Below are positions 48,431 through 57,091 of a stretch of DNA of 60,532 nucleotides, one piece after another. This stretch comes from a virus. Taxonomy: Duplodnaviria; Caudoviricetes. The position numbers and the translations under genes were made by a program. The stretch covers positions 1-60,532 of the IMG/VR virus record IMGVR_UViG_3300021085_000031; one strand, given 5' to 3'. Position 1 is the first letter of the stretch. Every line of letters begins with the position of its first letter. The notes under the pieces were generated by a model. The model worked only from the letters and a program-made list of their open reading frames with translations, was not told the origin of the DNA and did no database searches.

Positions 48431-49761
48431 TGGCAACAAACAAACCGACAATCACAAAGATTCAGGATACCTTCACTACGTTGGTAACCAACTTAAACAC
48501 CTTATCGTTGGATTTTGGTGCCACAGGTCGATTAAATACGAACGAAGATTCTAGTGGTGTTGCAGCGATTAACGAACTAGAACTGGGTATTCGAGGTACT
48601 TCAAACAGACTTGTTGAATCAGATTTATCAATTGCAGGTTTTACAGCAAATAATGTTGTGTCTGCACTGGTAGAACATGATGTAGACATGCATGGTTCTG
48701 GTGGTGGTAATGCCGCTTCCGATTTAACAACAACTGCAAATGACATTGTCTCTGCAATCAATGAGATTGAGGCCGTCTTTGACGCATCTACTCACGAGAT
48801 ATCTGCGGGAACAAATCAGTTTGATGTAACGACAGGTGACCTCAACTTTGCGGTTACTGGTGCGGTCAGTGTAGATGCGAGTGGTGACATCTCTCTTGAT
48901 GCCGATGGTGGAGACGTATTCTTCAAAGATGCGGGAACTACCTACGGTTCTTTGACAAACACCAGTGGTAATCTGATTGTTAAATCAGGTACAACCACAA
49001 ACTTAACAATGTCAGGTGCAAACCTTACAACTGCTGGTACATTAGCTACTGGTGGTAGTATCACCGTTGGTGGTACAAAGATTAATAGAACAGGTGCATT
49101 GACACTTGACGTATCTACAAATCTTATCTTAGATGCTGACACCGCTATTCAGTTGAAAGATGATGGAACACTATATGGTCGTTTCATTAAGAGTGGTTCT
49201 GACTTACGTATCCAATCGGGTGCGAGTAATGCTACTGCATTGACTTTCGCTGGTGCAAACGCAACCTTTGCTGGTACTGTGAATGTCGGTACACTTAATA
49301 CAACCGCAACTGACGTTAAGGCTGCAATCAACGAACACGAAGCAGACTTGGGTACTATGTCCCTTAGCACTAGTGCTTCTAATGTTACCGCTGCAATCAA
49401 TGAATTGCATACTGAACTTGGTACAACCGTAGACTCCGATGGATTAAACGGTAACCTTGCAAGTACCAACATTGGTCTTAGTCTATATAGACTAGACAGT
49501 GCAATTGGTGACCTAGACATTTTGAATAGTGATGGTACTATTTCAAATAGAACTAATATTGTAAGGTCAATCAACGCACTTGCGGATGACATCGCATTAC
49601 TAGATTCGGATAGTACATTACAGAACGCAAGATTGGGTTCACTAGTAGATTTAAACGCCGCATTTGTCGGTTCAGAAAGAGCTAATTTCGTTGCTGCCCT
49701 AAATGCATTAAGGATAGACGTACCACTTATCTATGACGAGAATGGAACACAACTTAATTAA
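48430..49761 (+). CDS. Fibre/whisker-like structural protein
   Basis: Repeated L.TTA..V.AAINE coiled segments and LDADGG/LKD.GT.YG beta repeats. Confidence 0.7.
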   Translation: MATNKPTITKIQDTFTTLVTNLNTLSLDFGATGRLNTNEDSSGVAAINELELGIRGTSNRLVESDLSIAGFTANNVVSALVEHDVDMHGSGGGNAASDLTTTANDIVSAINEIEAVFDASTHEISAGTNQFDVTTGDLNFAVTGAVSVDASGDISLDADGGDVFFKDAGTTYGSLTNTSGNLIVKSGTTTNLTMSGANLTTAGTLATGGSITVGGTKINRTGALTLDVSTNLILDADTAIQLKDDGTLYGRFIKSGSDLRIQSGASNATALTFAGANATFAGTVNVGTLNTTATDVKAAINEHEADLGTMSLSTSASNVTAAINELHTELGTTVDSDGLNGNLASTNIGLSLYRLDSAIGDLDILNSDGTISNRTNIVRSINALADDIALLDSDSTLQNARLGSLVDLNAAFVGSERANFVAALNALRIDVPLIYDENGTQLN

Positions 49762-49778
49762 TCGGAGTATTAACACTA

Positions 49779-52250
49779 ATGAGTGTTCCACTAAAATTAA
49801 AAAATACCGCAGACTTCCAGAAGATGTCTACAACGGAGGAGAACTATCTTGCGTATGAAGCAGGATTAGACCTCGCCAGTTTAGACAGTTCTTCGGTTGG
49901 TACATTAGGTACAGACTTGTCGGGAGACAATCGTACTGTTGGTTCATTTATTGATACTTCATTTGACGATGCAGTAGGAACCACCGAAGCAGGTAATCTT
50001 CTTTCAACAACAAGCATAACTACTGTAATCCGACAGAAAGCGGGTCAAGCAGCTATACACGCTGACAGTGATTATCGTGTTCCTATTTTCCATACGGACG
50101 ATAACGGAACAACACCAAACAAATTATCGGAAATGGATTCTGATAATGTTAATACTTTGGTTGATAGAATCAATTCTAGAATATACACATCTGATTATCC
50201 AGGCACATACAAGTTATCAACATCCGCACCTAGTGGTGACTATGTTCTAAACAAAGCCAATGTCATGACCGATACAAGAACTGACGGGCATTCTTTATCA
50301 TACAACATCTACAAAAGAACTACAATGACCCCACCGACTACGGTGTTGCCATTTGCGATTAAACGTTCGGGTGGACGTACTGGTACATATCAAGGTATTC
50401 AACGAATGACTCCACGTCAGGTTAGGAAGACGTTTGGTGTTAATTCAAGAAACCGTACAGCTGCAAGTAGTAATAGTGTTGGTACATATAAAATCTTCAG
50501 TGCAACCGAAGGAACTCCGACAGCAAATGGACTTGCTGGTACATGGCAAGCGAAAGGTACAGCAACTGATACCAAGAATACATTAACTGGACAGGACTAT
50601 ACCAGAACTCGTTCATCAAACTATTCGAGATTGAGAACATCAACTTATAGTGACACATACACGAGGACTCGTGAATCTACATATCTGAGAAGTCGTACTT
50701 GTACTCGTGCTAGCACCTATACTGCATACTATACCACAACTCGTAGTAGTAATTACTCTCCGAGTTTTGTTGGTAACTATGTGGGAGACTATACTTCAAA
50801 TAGTACCAGAACTTCTACCAGAAGTAGTACTGCTACCTTACAGTTTACAAGAGAAAGTTCAGGAAGTTTTATTGGTAACTATTCGAGACTCCTTAGTTTT
50901 GTTGGTGACTATTCTGCTGATTATGCTGGTAATTATCTGGGAACTCCGTATGGACGTAATTACTCACGAACATTGTATGTGAGTGTTGACCAAGAGACCT
51001 TCTACTATACCAGTTGGTATTCAGCTGATTTTGTAGGAGCCTATACTGGTAACTATGCTCGTACCTCCACAAACACTGCCGATTATACACGTTCAAGTGG
51101 TGTCGATTATACTGGTAACTATTCCAGAATCGGAACGTATGCGGGTAACTTTATTGGCGAATTCGCTGGTAACTTCACACGTGATAGTCAAAGGATTACC
51201 AGTGACCAATTCTCTCGTACCTTTGTTGGTAACTACACTAGAAACTACACCCGTGTTTCATCAATAAACTATCAGAGAACTCGTACAGGTAACTTTGCTC
51301 GTAACTTCGCTGGTAACTATACTGGTAACTTTACTGGTAACTTCCAAAACACAACCGCAGATAGTGGTGCCTTTACTGGTAACTATGTTGGGACAACATC
51401 TGTACCCTATGATGCATCACATACTACTAGTAACACTGCATCTGGATATTATTGGAAACAGGGTTTTGATGCTACGCTGGCGAGGATAACTTTGTATGTT
51501 TATTGGGCTGGTCAACTGGTGTACTATGATGACTATGAACTCAATATTTACGAGGGGGGAATCTATACCGCAGTACCCAGCCAAGTTACAACCGCCAGTG
51601 GTGTAACCTATACCAGAGGTACTGTGTATCAATATTCAAATTTCAACAACTTGGATACTTACTACGGTGTAATACAACAAGCCTCAACAACTACTGCAAC
51701 GTATATAGGTAACTATGCTCCTGCTACTAGCGGTAATCTGCCAGGCAACTATGTTGGTAACTATGCTGCGGTATTTACTGGTGATTATCTGGGTGGTGGT
51801 AAGAGTGGTGATTTGACAAACTATATTGGTAATTACACTGGTGGAGATTACACAAGACAATCAATTGTAGAGTCTACCAGAGACAGTACCAGAAGTAGTA
51901 CAAGAAATAGGTCAAGTACTTATGCTGGTAACTTTGTTGGTGACTATCAGAGAAGTTTTACAGGAAATTATGCAAGAGCATTTACTAGAAGTAGGTCAAG
52001 TACTTTCACAGGTGCTTCTGCTTTTGCTAGAGACTTTACTGGTAATTACTTAGGTAACTATACACGAAACTTCTCTGCCACATATGGTGGTAACTATGCC
52101 CGAAACTTTGCGGGTAACTATATAGGCAATTATGCGAGGAACTTTATCGGAGATTACGGAAGAACATTTGTGGGCAATTATGCGGGTTCCAAGATAGGAA
52201 CAGGAACCGAAAATATTGAAACATATACTCTCTATGTTAGAGTTGCATAA
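49779..52250 (+). CDS. Tetrapeptide-repeat fibre-like protein A (branched mirror-complementary repeats plus globular insert)
   Basis: ~270-aa N-domain paralogous to the 52261 gene; xGN[YF]/xRxR tetrads; GGGKSG loop; C-terminal IETYTLYVRVA. Confidence 0.75.
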   Translation: MSVPLKLKNTADFQKMSTTEENYLAYEAGLDLASLDSSSVGTLGTDLSGDNRTVGSFIDTSFDDAVGTTEAGNLLSTTSITTVIRQKAGQAAIHADSDYRVPIFHTDDNGTTPNKLSEMDSDNVNTLVDRINSRIYTSDYPGTYKLSTSAPSGDYVLNKANVMTDTRTDGHSLSYNIYKRTTMTPPTTVLPFAIKRSGGRTGTYQGIQRMTPRQVRKTFGVNSRNRTAASSNSVGTYKIFSATEGTPTANGLAGTWQAKGTATDTKNTLTGQDYTRTRSSNYSRLRTSTYSDTYTRTRESTYLRSRTCTRASTYTAYYTTTRSSNYSPSFVGNYVGDYTSNSTRTSTRSSTATLQFTRESSGSFIGNYSRLLSFVGDYSADYAGNYLGTPYGRNYSRTLYVSVDQETFYYTSWYSADFVGAYTGNYARTSTNTADYTRSSGVDYTGNYSRIGTYAGNFIGEFAGNFTRDSQRITSDQFSRTFVGNYTRNYTRVSSINYQRTRTGNFARNFAGNYTGNFTGNFQNTTADSGAFTGNYVGTTSVPYDASHTTSNTASGYYWKQGFDATLARITLYVYWAGQLVYYDDYELNIYEGGIYTAVPSQVTTASGVTYTRGTVYQYSNFNNLDTYYGVIQQASTTTATYIGNYAPATSGNLPGNYVGNYAAVFTGDYLGGGKSGDLTNYIGNYTGGDYTRQSIVESTRDSTRSSTRNRSSTYAGNFVGDYQRSFTGNYARAFTRSRSSTFTGASAFARDFTGNYLGNYTRNFSATYGGNYARNFAGNYIGNYARNFIGDYGRTFVGNYAGSKIGTGTENIETYTLYVRVA

Positions 52251-52260
52251 ATAGGTTGAT

Positions 52261-54741
52261 ATGGGAACTACAACACTAAAACTTGAAGGCACCAATGGTG
52301 ACCTCAAGGAGATAACAACCACAGAAGAAAACTACCTTGCTTATCAGGCGGGGTTGCATCTCTCTGCGTTGGATTCTAGTGATGTGGGAACACTCACTCA
52401 AGTATCCACAAACAATACTTTAATCGGTACATTTACTGATACTAGATTTGATGATGCGTCAGGAACGCACGGATTTAGTGGTGGTAATGTTCCTGTCGTA
52501 CAGACGGTTACTTCTTTGTATCAAAGAGAAGGTGTTGCAGATTTTGCTGGTGATTCAGCTGCATATCGTTACCCAATAGAATTTACTGATAATGGTGGAA
52601 CACCAGAACTTCATGAACTTGATTCATCTGAAGTAGACACTCTTGCAGATAGACTCTTATCTCGTATTGCAGTATCAGAATATCCTGGCGTATATAAAAT
52701 AGCAACATCTGCCCCGACTGGATATACCACATATAAATCATCTGTGTTTGCAGATAGACTACAAACAGGAACAACGGGAACAGTCTATAATCTTTATGTA
52801 AAGAATTCGATGAGCGCACCAACAACAGTAAGACCTGTTGCAATCAAACGTTCATCTGGTCTGACTGGTTCTTTCCAAGGTCTTCAAGAGATGACCGATG
52901 CAGAAATTCGTTATTCCTTTGGTTCTAGAGTTCAGAGTCGTATTACTAATGGTAGTGATGGTATAGGAACATACCAATTGAGAAGTGCTACCCAAGGCGC
53001 TCCAACTGCGAGTGGTACATGGACTAGTCGTGGTACAGGTACAGATACCAGATACAACACAACAAACACTGATTATTCAGCTGACTATACTAGAAGTCGG
53101 TCTAGTAACTATGTGGGTGACTATGCAAGAAACTTCGCACGTACTTTTGCGGGTCAGTTTGTAGGCAACTTCATTACTGAATTTGTCGGTGACTATACAG
53201 GTAACTACTCCAGAAACTTCGGTGGGGATTATACTGGTAACTATGCCCGAAACTTTATCGGAGATTACACTGGTAACTATGCTCGAAACTTTGCGGGTAA
53301 CTATGTAGGTAATTACTCCAGAAACTTTTCCGCTGCATATGCTCGAACAAGGATTACTGATTATGCTGGTAACTTTGTAGGCAACTATGTTGGTAACTAT
53401 GCAAGGGCCTTCAGTGCTGATTATACAAGGAACCGAGCTACCACATTCACTGGTGACTTTGCTGGTAACTTCTTAGGTAACTATGTAGGTAACTATGCTC
53501 GGAACTTCTCTGCAAACTACCAGAGAACAAGAGCAACAAACTATCAGAGAACTCGTGTAACAGACTATGTGGGTGACTTTGTAGGTAACTATGCCACAAA
53601 CTTCACTGGTGATTTTACTGGTAACTATACTACAGTATTCACTGGTAACTTTGTAGGTAACTATGCGACAAACTTCGTGGGTAACTTTGTAGGTAATTAT
53701 GCCACAAACTATGTGGGTAACTTCGCTGGTAACTATTCAAGAACAAGAGCAACAAACTACACAGGTAACTTTGTAGGTAACTACGGAAGAACACGAGCTA
53801 CTGCATATACGAGAAGTCGTGCTACTGCATATTCAAGAACTCGTGCAACTAACTATGCGGGTGGTGGTAAAGGTGGTAACGCTTATAACTACACTGGTAA
53901 CTTTGTAGGTAACTACACTGGTAACTTCGCTGGTAACTACACTGGTAACTTCGCTGGTAACTATTCAAGAACTCGTGCGACCAACTATACTGGTAACTTT
54001 GTGGGTAACTACGGAAGAACTCGTGCAACCACATATACTGGTGACTTCTCAAGAACTCGTGCAACAACATATACAGGAGATTTCTCAAGAACTCGTGTAA
54101 CAGACTATACAGGAAATTTCACAAGAAACAGTACAACGGTTTTCACGGGAGATTTCTCAAGAACAAGGGTAACCACATACACTGGTAACTTCTTGGGTGA
54201 TTACACAGGTAACTTCTTGGGGGATTATACTGGTAACTACGCTAGAAACTATAGTGATGATTACCAAAGAACATCTACTAGAACTCGTTCAACGGACTAT
54301 GTAGGTGATTTTACTGGTAATTATGTTGGTAACTATTCTAGAAACTATAGTGATGATTACACTAGAGAGTCCGTAGTAACCTTTACAGGTGATTTTGTTG
54401 GAGATTATACTGGTAACTATGCACGTGCATATGAAGCTGATTATCAAAGAACAAGAAGTTCTGCATATTCCGCTGTTTATCAAAGAACAAGAAGTTCTAG
54501 TTATTCTGCAAACTATCAGAGAACAAGAACATCTACATATGCAGCAGACTATTTAAGAACATCAACTACAGATTCGACAAGAGAGTCATCTGGTGTATCT
54601 ACAGTATTAAGGGCAAGTACATACACAAGAACTAGTACAAATACCTTTGCGGGTAACTACGTGGGTAACTATGTAGGAACAACGATTGATAGTGGTTCGT
54701 CCACAATTGAGACATATACGTTATACCAAAGAACTGCATAA
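52261..54741 (+). CDS. Tetrapeptide-repeat fibre-like protein B (single mirror-complementary hairpin)
   Basis: N-domain TTEENYLAY.AGL.L..LDSS.VGTL shared with the 49779 gene; 66+66 tetrads around AGGGKGGN; C-terminal IETYTLYQRTA. Confidence 0.75.
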   Translation: MGTTTLKLEGTNGDLKEITTTEENYLAYQAGLHLSALDSSDVGTLTQVSTNNTLIGTFTDTRFDDASGTHGFSGGNVPVVQTVTSLYQREGVADFAGDSAAYRYPIEFTDNGGTPELHELDSSEVDTLADRLLSRIAVSEYPGVYKIATSAPTGYTTYKSSVFADRLQTGTTGTVYNLYVKNSMSAPTTVRPVAIKRSSGLTGSFQGLQEMTDAEIRYSFGSRVQSRITNGSDGIGTYQLRSATQGAPTASGTWTSRGTGTDTRYNTTNTDYSADYTRSRSSNYVGDYARNFARTFAGQFVGNFITEFVGDYTGNYSRNFGGDYTGNYARNFIGDYTGNYARNFAGNYVGNYSRNFSAAYARTRITDYAGNFVGNYVGNYARAFSADYTRNRATTFTGDFAGNFLGNYVGNYARNFSANYQRTRATNYQRTRVTDYVGDFVGNYATNFTGDFTGNYTTVFTGNFVGNYATNFVGNFVGNYATNYVGNFAGNYSRTRATNYTGNFVGNYGRTRATAYTRSRATAYSRTRATNYAGGGKGGNAYNYTGNFVGNYTGNFAGNYTGNFAGNYSRTRATNYTGNFVGNYGRTRATTYTGDFSRTRATTYTGDFSRTRVTDYTGNFTRNSTTVFTGDFSRTRVTTYTGNFLGDYTGNFLGDYTGNYARNYSDDYQRTSTRTRSTDYVGDFTGNYVGNYSRNYSDDYTRESVVTFTGDFVGDYTGNYARAYEADYQRTRSSAYSAVYQRTRSSSYSANYQRTRTSTYAADYLRTSTTDSTRESSGVSTVLRASTYTRTSTNTFAGNYVGNYVGTTIDSGSSTIETYTLYQRTA
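53065..54672 (+). repeat. Coding 12-nt-period repeat array (GGTAACTAT/GGTAACTTT and AGAACTCGT units)
   Basis: Uninterrupted 4-residue periodicity; includes near-exact tandem 24-mers such as ACTGGTAACTTCGCTGGTAACTA(C/T) at about 53917-53964. Confidence 0.9.
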
Positions 54742-54780
54742 GTTCGGTATATATACAAGTGAATATTATAGGAGACAACA

Positions 54781-55230
54781 ATGTCTAGAACATGGTTAGA
54801 TAATGCTTTCTGGGAAACCCCGAAACAAAGAACTCTGAACGCAATAAGTGAAACTGTTGAAGGTAATAAGACCACTCGACTAGTTCACAAAATTGATGCG
54901 ATTAATGCCGATGGTTCAGAAAACGAATTATTTCAAGAAGTCATAGAGTTTCTTGGAGTAGAGAAAATCAACGAAGCAAGTAAGAAACGTCTGGAAAAGA
55001 AACAGGCGGAAGCTGAAATTGAGAAACAAAAGAAAGTAGAACACGAACGTGCAAAGAAACTTGAGAAACTATTTGAGTACAAGTTAGAGACGTTTGAGAT
55101 TCCAGAAATTAAAGATTCTAAAAACAGAGCGTTAAAATCTAAATTGAGACGTTCCAAGTCTATTCCTGAAGTGAACCTCTATGCCATTTTAATTGTACAG
55201 GAAGCACTAGAAGATGTCGGAACAGACTAA
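54781..55230 (+). CDS. Hypothetical helical protein (possible fibre chaperone)
   Basis: AGGAG RBS; charged coiled segment; directly follows the fibre genes. Confidence 0.7.
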   Translation: MSRTWLDNAFWETPKQRTLNAISETVEGNKTTRLVHKIDAINADGSENELFQEVIEFLGVEKINEASKKRLEKKQAEAEIEKQKKVEHERAKKLEKLFEYKLETFEIPEIKDSKNRALKSKLRRSKSIPEVNLYAILIVQEALEDVGTD

Positions 55231-55960
55231 AGGTTTTGTAGTAGTTGCATCCAGAAATCATAACTTCTATGTGTATGCAGTAAACTTAATCGAATCAATC
55301 AAAGACTTCTATCCAGAAGCACTTATCACTCTAGTAACCGAAGAACGTTTCGTTGATGACAGAGCGGATGAAGCTGACCAGATAATCTTTTGTGATGACC
55401 ATTATCGTGCAAAACTTTGGGGTATGGCACAATCTCCCTATGATATTACCATGTATGTCGATGCCGATATGGAATGTGAACACGAAGATATCATGACGGT
55501 CTGGGACGAGATGAAAGACTATGATATGGTTTTCCACGAACTGACTAAAGACCGTGAAAAGTACTACGCAATCCGTGAGTTTAAATACAACAATGGTTAT
55601 GAGAAGTATCGACTGTGTGGTGGTGTTTGTCTATATAGAAGTGAGAATCCATTGGTGATGGAATTCATGGACGATTGGAACGAGATGTATCGTAGACAAT
55701 TTGCTGGTGAGTGGAGACCAAAGGGATTTAATGAAGAACAGTGGAGAAAAGACCTCAAACATTTTGACCAGACTACACTTTGGTGGTTGGTCAATAAGGT
55801 AGAGAAATATAAAGATTTGAAGATTGGTATCTTTGAAGATGATATCCGATGGAATTACTTTACACAATATGGTTATGATAACAAGCAATCCAAAAGCGGT
55901 AAACCACCAATCCTTAGACATTACTCTGGATGTTTACAGAAGGACACACTTATAGTATGA
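55214..55960 (+). CDS. GT-A glycosyltransferase (GT8-like)
   Basis: RAKLW....SPYD.T.YVDADM (DxD), GGV.LY, DQ.TLW, RWN, RHYS. Confidence 0.75.
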   Translation: MSEQTKGFVVVASRNHNFYVYAVNLIESIKDFYPEALITLVTEERFVDDRADEADQIIFCDDHYRAKLWGMAQSPYDITMYVDADMECEHEDIMTVWDEMKDYDMVFHELTKDREKYYAIREFKYNNGYEKYRLCGGVCLYRSENPLVMEFMDDWNEMYRRQFAGEWRPKGFNEEQWRKDLKHFDQTTLWWLVNKVEKYKDLKIGIFEDDIRWNYFTQYGYDNKQSKSGKPPILRHYSGCLQKDTLIV

Positions 55961-56646
55961 AGGACATCCCTATATTAAATAAAGAAGTACTCAAGGCTCT
56001 AAAAGAGTTTGAGTGGTACTATGAGAACAGGGAATGGTTACGAGAACATTTACGTACCAATGGTGACCCAAGTAAACGTGATTGGTTTGTTGGTGAAAAA
56101 CACCGTGATGAGATTATATCTCAAGCAGAAAATCACGAAGGTTATCCAGACACCATGCATTGTATATCATTAAAGAATGACCGACTTGATATCGCTCAAC
56201 GTGGTAAGATGTCTGCGGAATCACATAGTGCAGGCATTGTGGAAATCTTCAAGAAGTTTGGAGAGTTGAATACAAATCTTTGTACAATCCTATCCTCACG
56301 AAACAATGCTTTATGTTCACTCTATCCACCGAATGGATACATTTCGTGGCATAATAATGCAAATGCATCCGCATATAACCTAATCTTTACTTGGTCAGAG
56401 ACAGGTGAAGGCAACTTTAAGTATGTCGATGGTCACACAGGAAAGACTGTTGTGATGAAAGACAAGAAAGGTTGGCAATGTAAAGCTGGATATTTCGGTG
56501 CATATAGTGAACCTTGGTACAATAGGGTATATCATGCAGCCGAAACAGATTGTTGGAGACTCACGGTATCCTATATCTTTGACCGAACTGACATGTCAAT
56601 GGGTTTACAAGACGAAATCGTAGAAGAAATAATGTCAGATTACTAG
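55957..56646 (+). CDS. Double-stranded beta-helix (2OG-Fe(II) oxygenase-like) protein
   Basis: YPPNGYISWHNN...YHAA....RLTVSY; HxN in place of the canonical HxD. Confidence 0.6.
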   Translation: MKDIPILNKEVLKALKEFEWYYENREWLREHLRTNGDPSKRDWFVGEKHRDEIISQAENHEGYPDTMHCISLKNDRLDIAQRGKMSAESHSAGIVEIFKKFGELNTNLCTILSSRNNALCSLYPPNGYISWHNNANASAYNLIFTWSETGEGNFKYVDGHTGKTVVMKDKKGWQCKAGYFGAYSEPWYNRVYHAAETDCWRLTVSYIFDRTDMSMGLQDEIVEEIMSDY

Positions 56647-56666
56647 ATTCTTGGACTTCCAAACCT

Positions 56667-56674
56667 TATAAATA
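56667..56674 (+). promoter_or_regulatory. T4-type late promoter
   Basis: TATAAATA upstream of 56711; overlaps the AAACCTT...AAGGTTT inverted repeat. Confidence 0.75.
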
Positions 56675-56710
56675 AACACATAAAGGTTTTTATTTAAATG
56701 GGTACTGAGA

Positions 56711-57079
56711 ATGTCATCTAGTAATTACGAAGATATAACAATTAATCAAGGGACGGATGTTGCTGTAGAGATACATCTCATCCACGATAGCGGAAGCGCA
56801 TACGACCTGACCAACCACTCGGTTGCTGCCAGACTAAAACGTAGATTTGGCGATTCAGCTGATGACCCCGATACGATAGACTTCAACACTATTGTAGTGA
56901 ATCCGTCTCTTAACGGAATCATAAATTTATCACTAACTAATACTCAAACAGATTCTATGAAGACTCGTGGAAGATATGTCTATGATGTAGAAGTATCTTA
57001 TACTGACAGTGATGGTAACAACATAATCCAAAGAGTCCTCGAAGGACAAGCCGAAGTCACGCCATCGGTCACGAAATAA
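56711..57079 (+). CDS. Small virion protein (BppU-N-like beta-sandwich)
   Basis: I.QGTD, YDLT, GII.LSLT..QT, GRYVYDVE, RVLEG...VTP.VT. Confidence 0.7.
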   Translation: MSSSNYEDITINQGTDVAVEIHLIHDSGSAYDLTNHSVAARLKRRFGDSADDPDTIDFNTIVVNPSLNGIINLSLTNTQTDSMKTRGRYVYDVEVSYTDSDGNNIIQRVLEGQAEVTPSVTK

Positions 57080-57091
57080 AAGGGAAGAATA

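Noticed and set aside
53065-54672. DNA/RNA-level palindrome or giant RNA hairpin explaining the mirror symmetry
   Set aside because: Both arms carry GGTAAC and AGAAC units in the same orientation, and the reverse complement GTTACC is not the partner; the symmetry exists only in the protein
50589-54672. CRISPR array or diversity-generating retroelement (AAC-rich repeats)
   Set aside because: Repeats are 12-nt-period, in-frame and degenerate at synonymous sites, with no unique spacers; no cas or reverse transcriptase gene and no adenine-specific TR/VR pair in the window
49779-54741. Ice-nucleation or antifreeze protein
   Set aside because: No AGYGST 16-mer or regular TxT ladder; long-range mirror pairing does not fit a parallel solenoid
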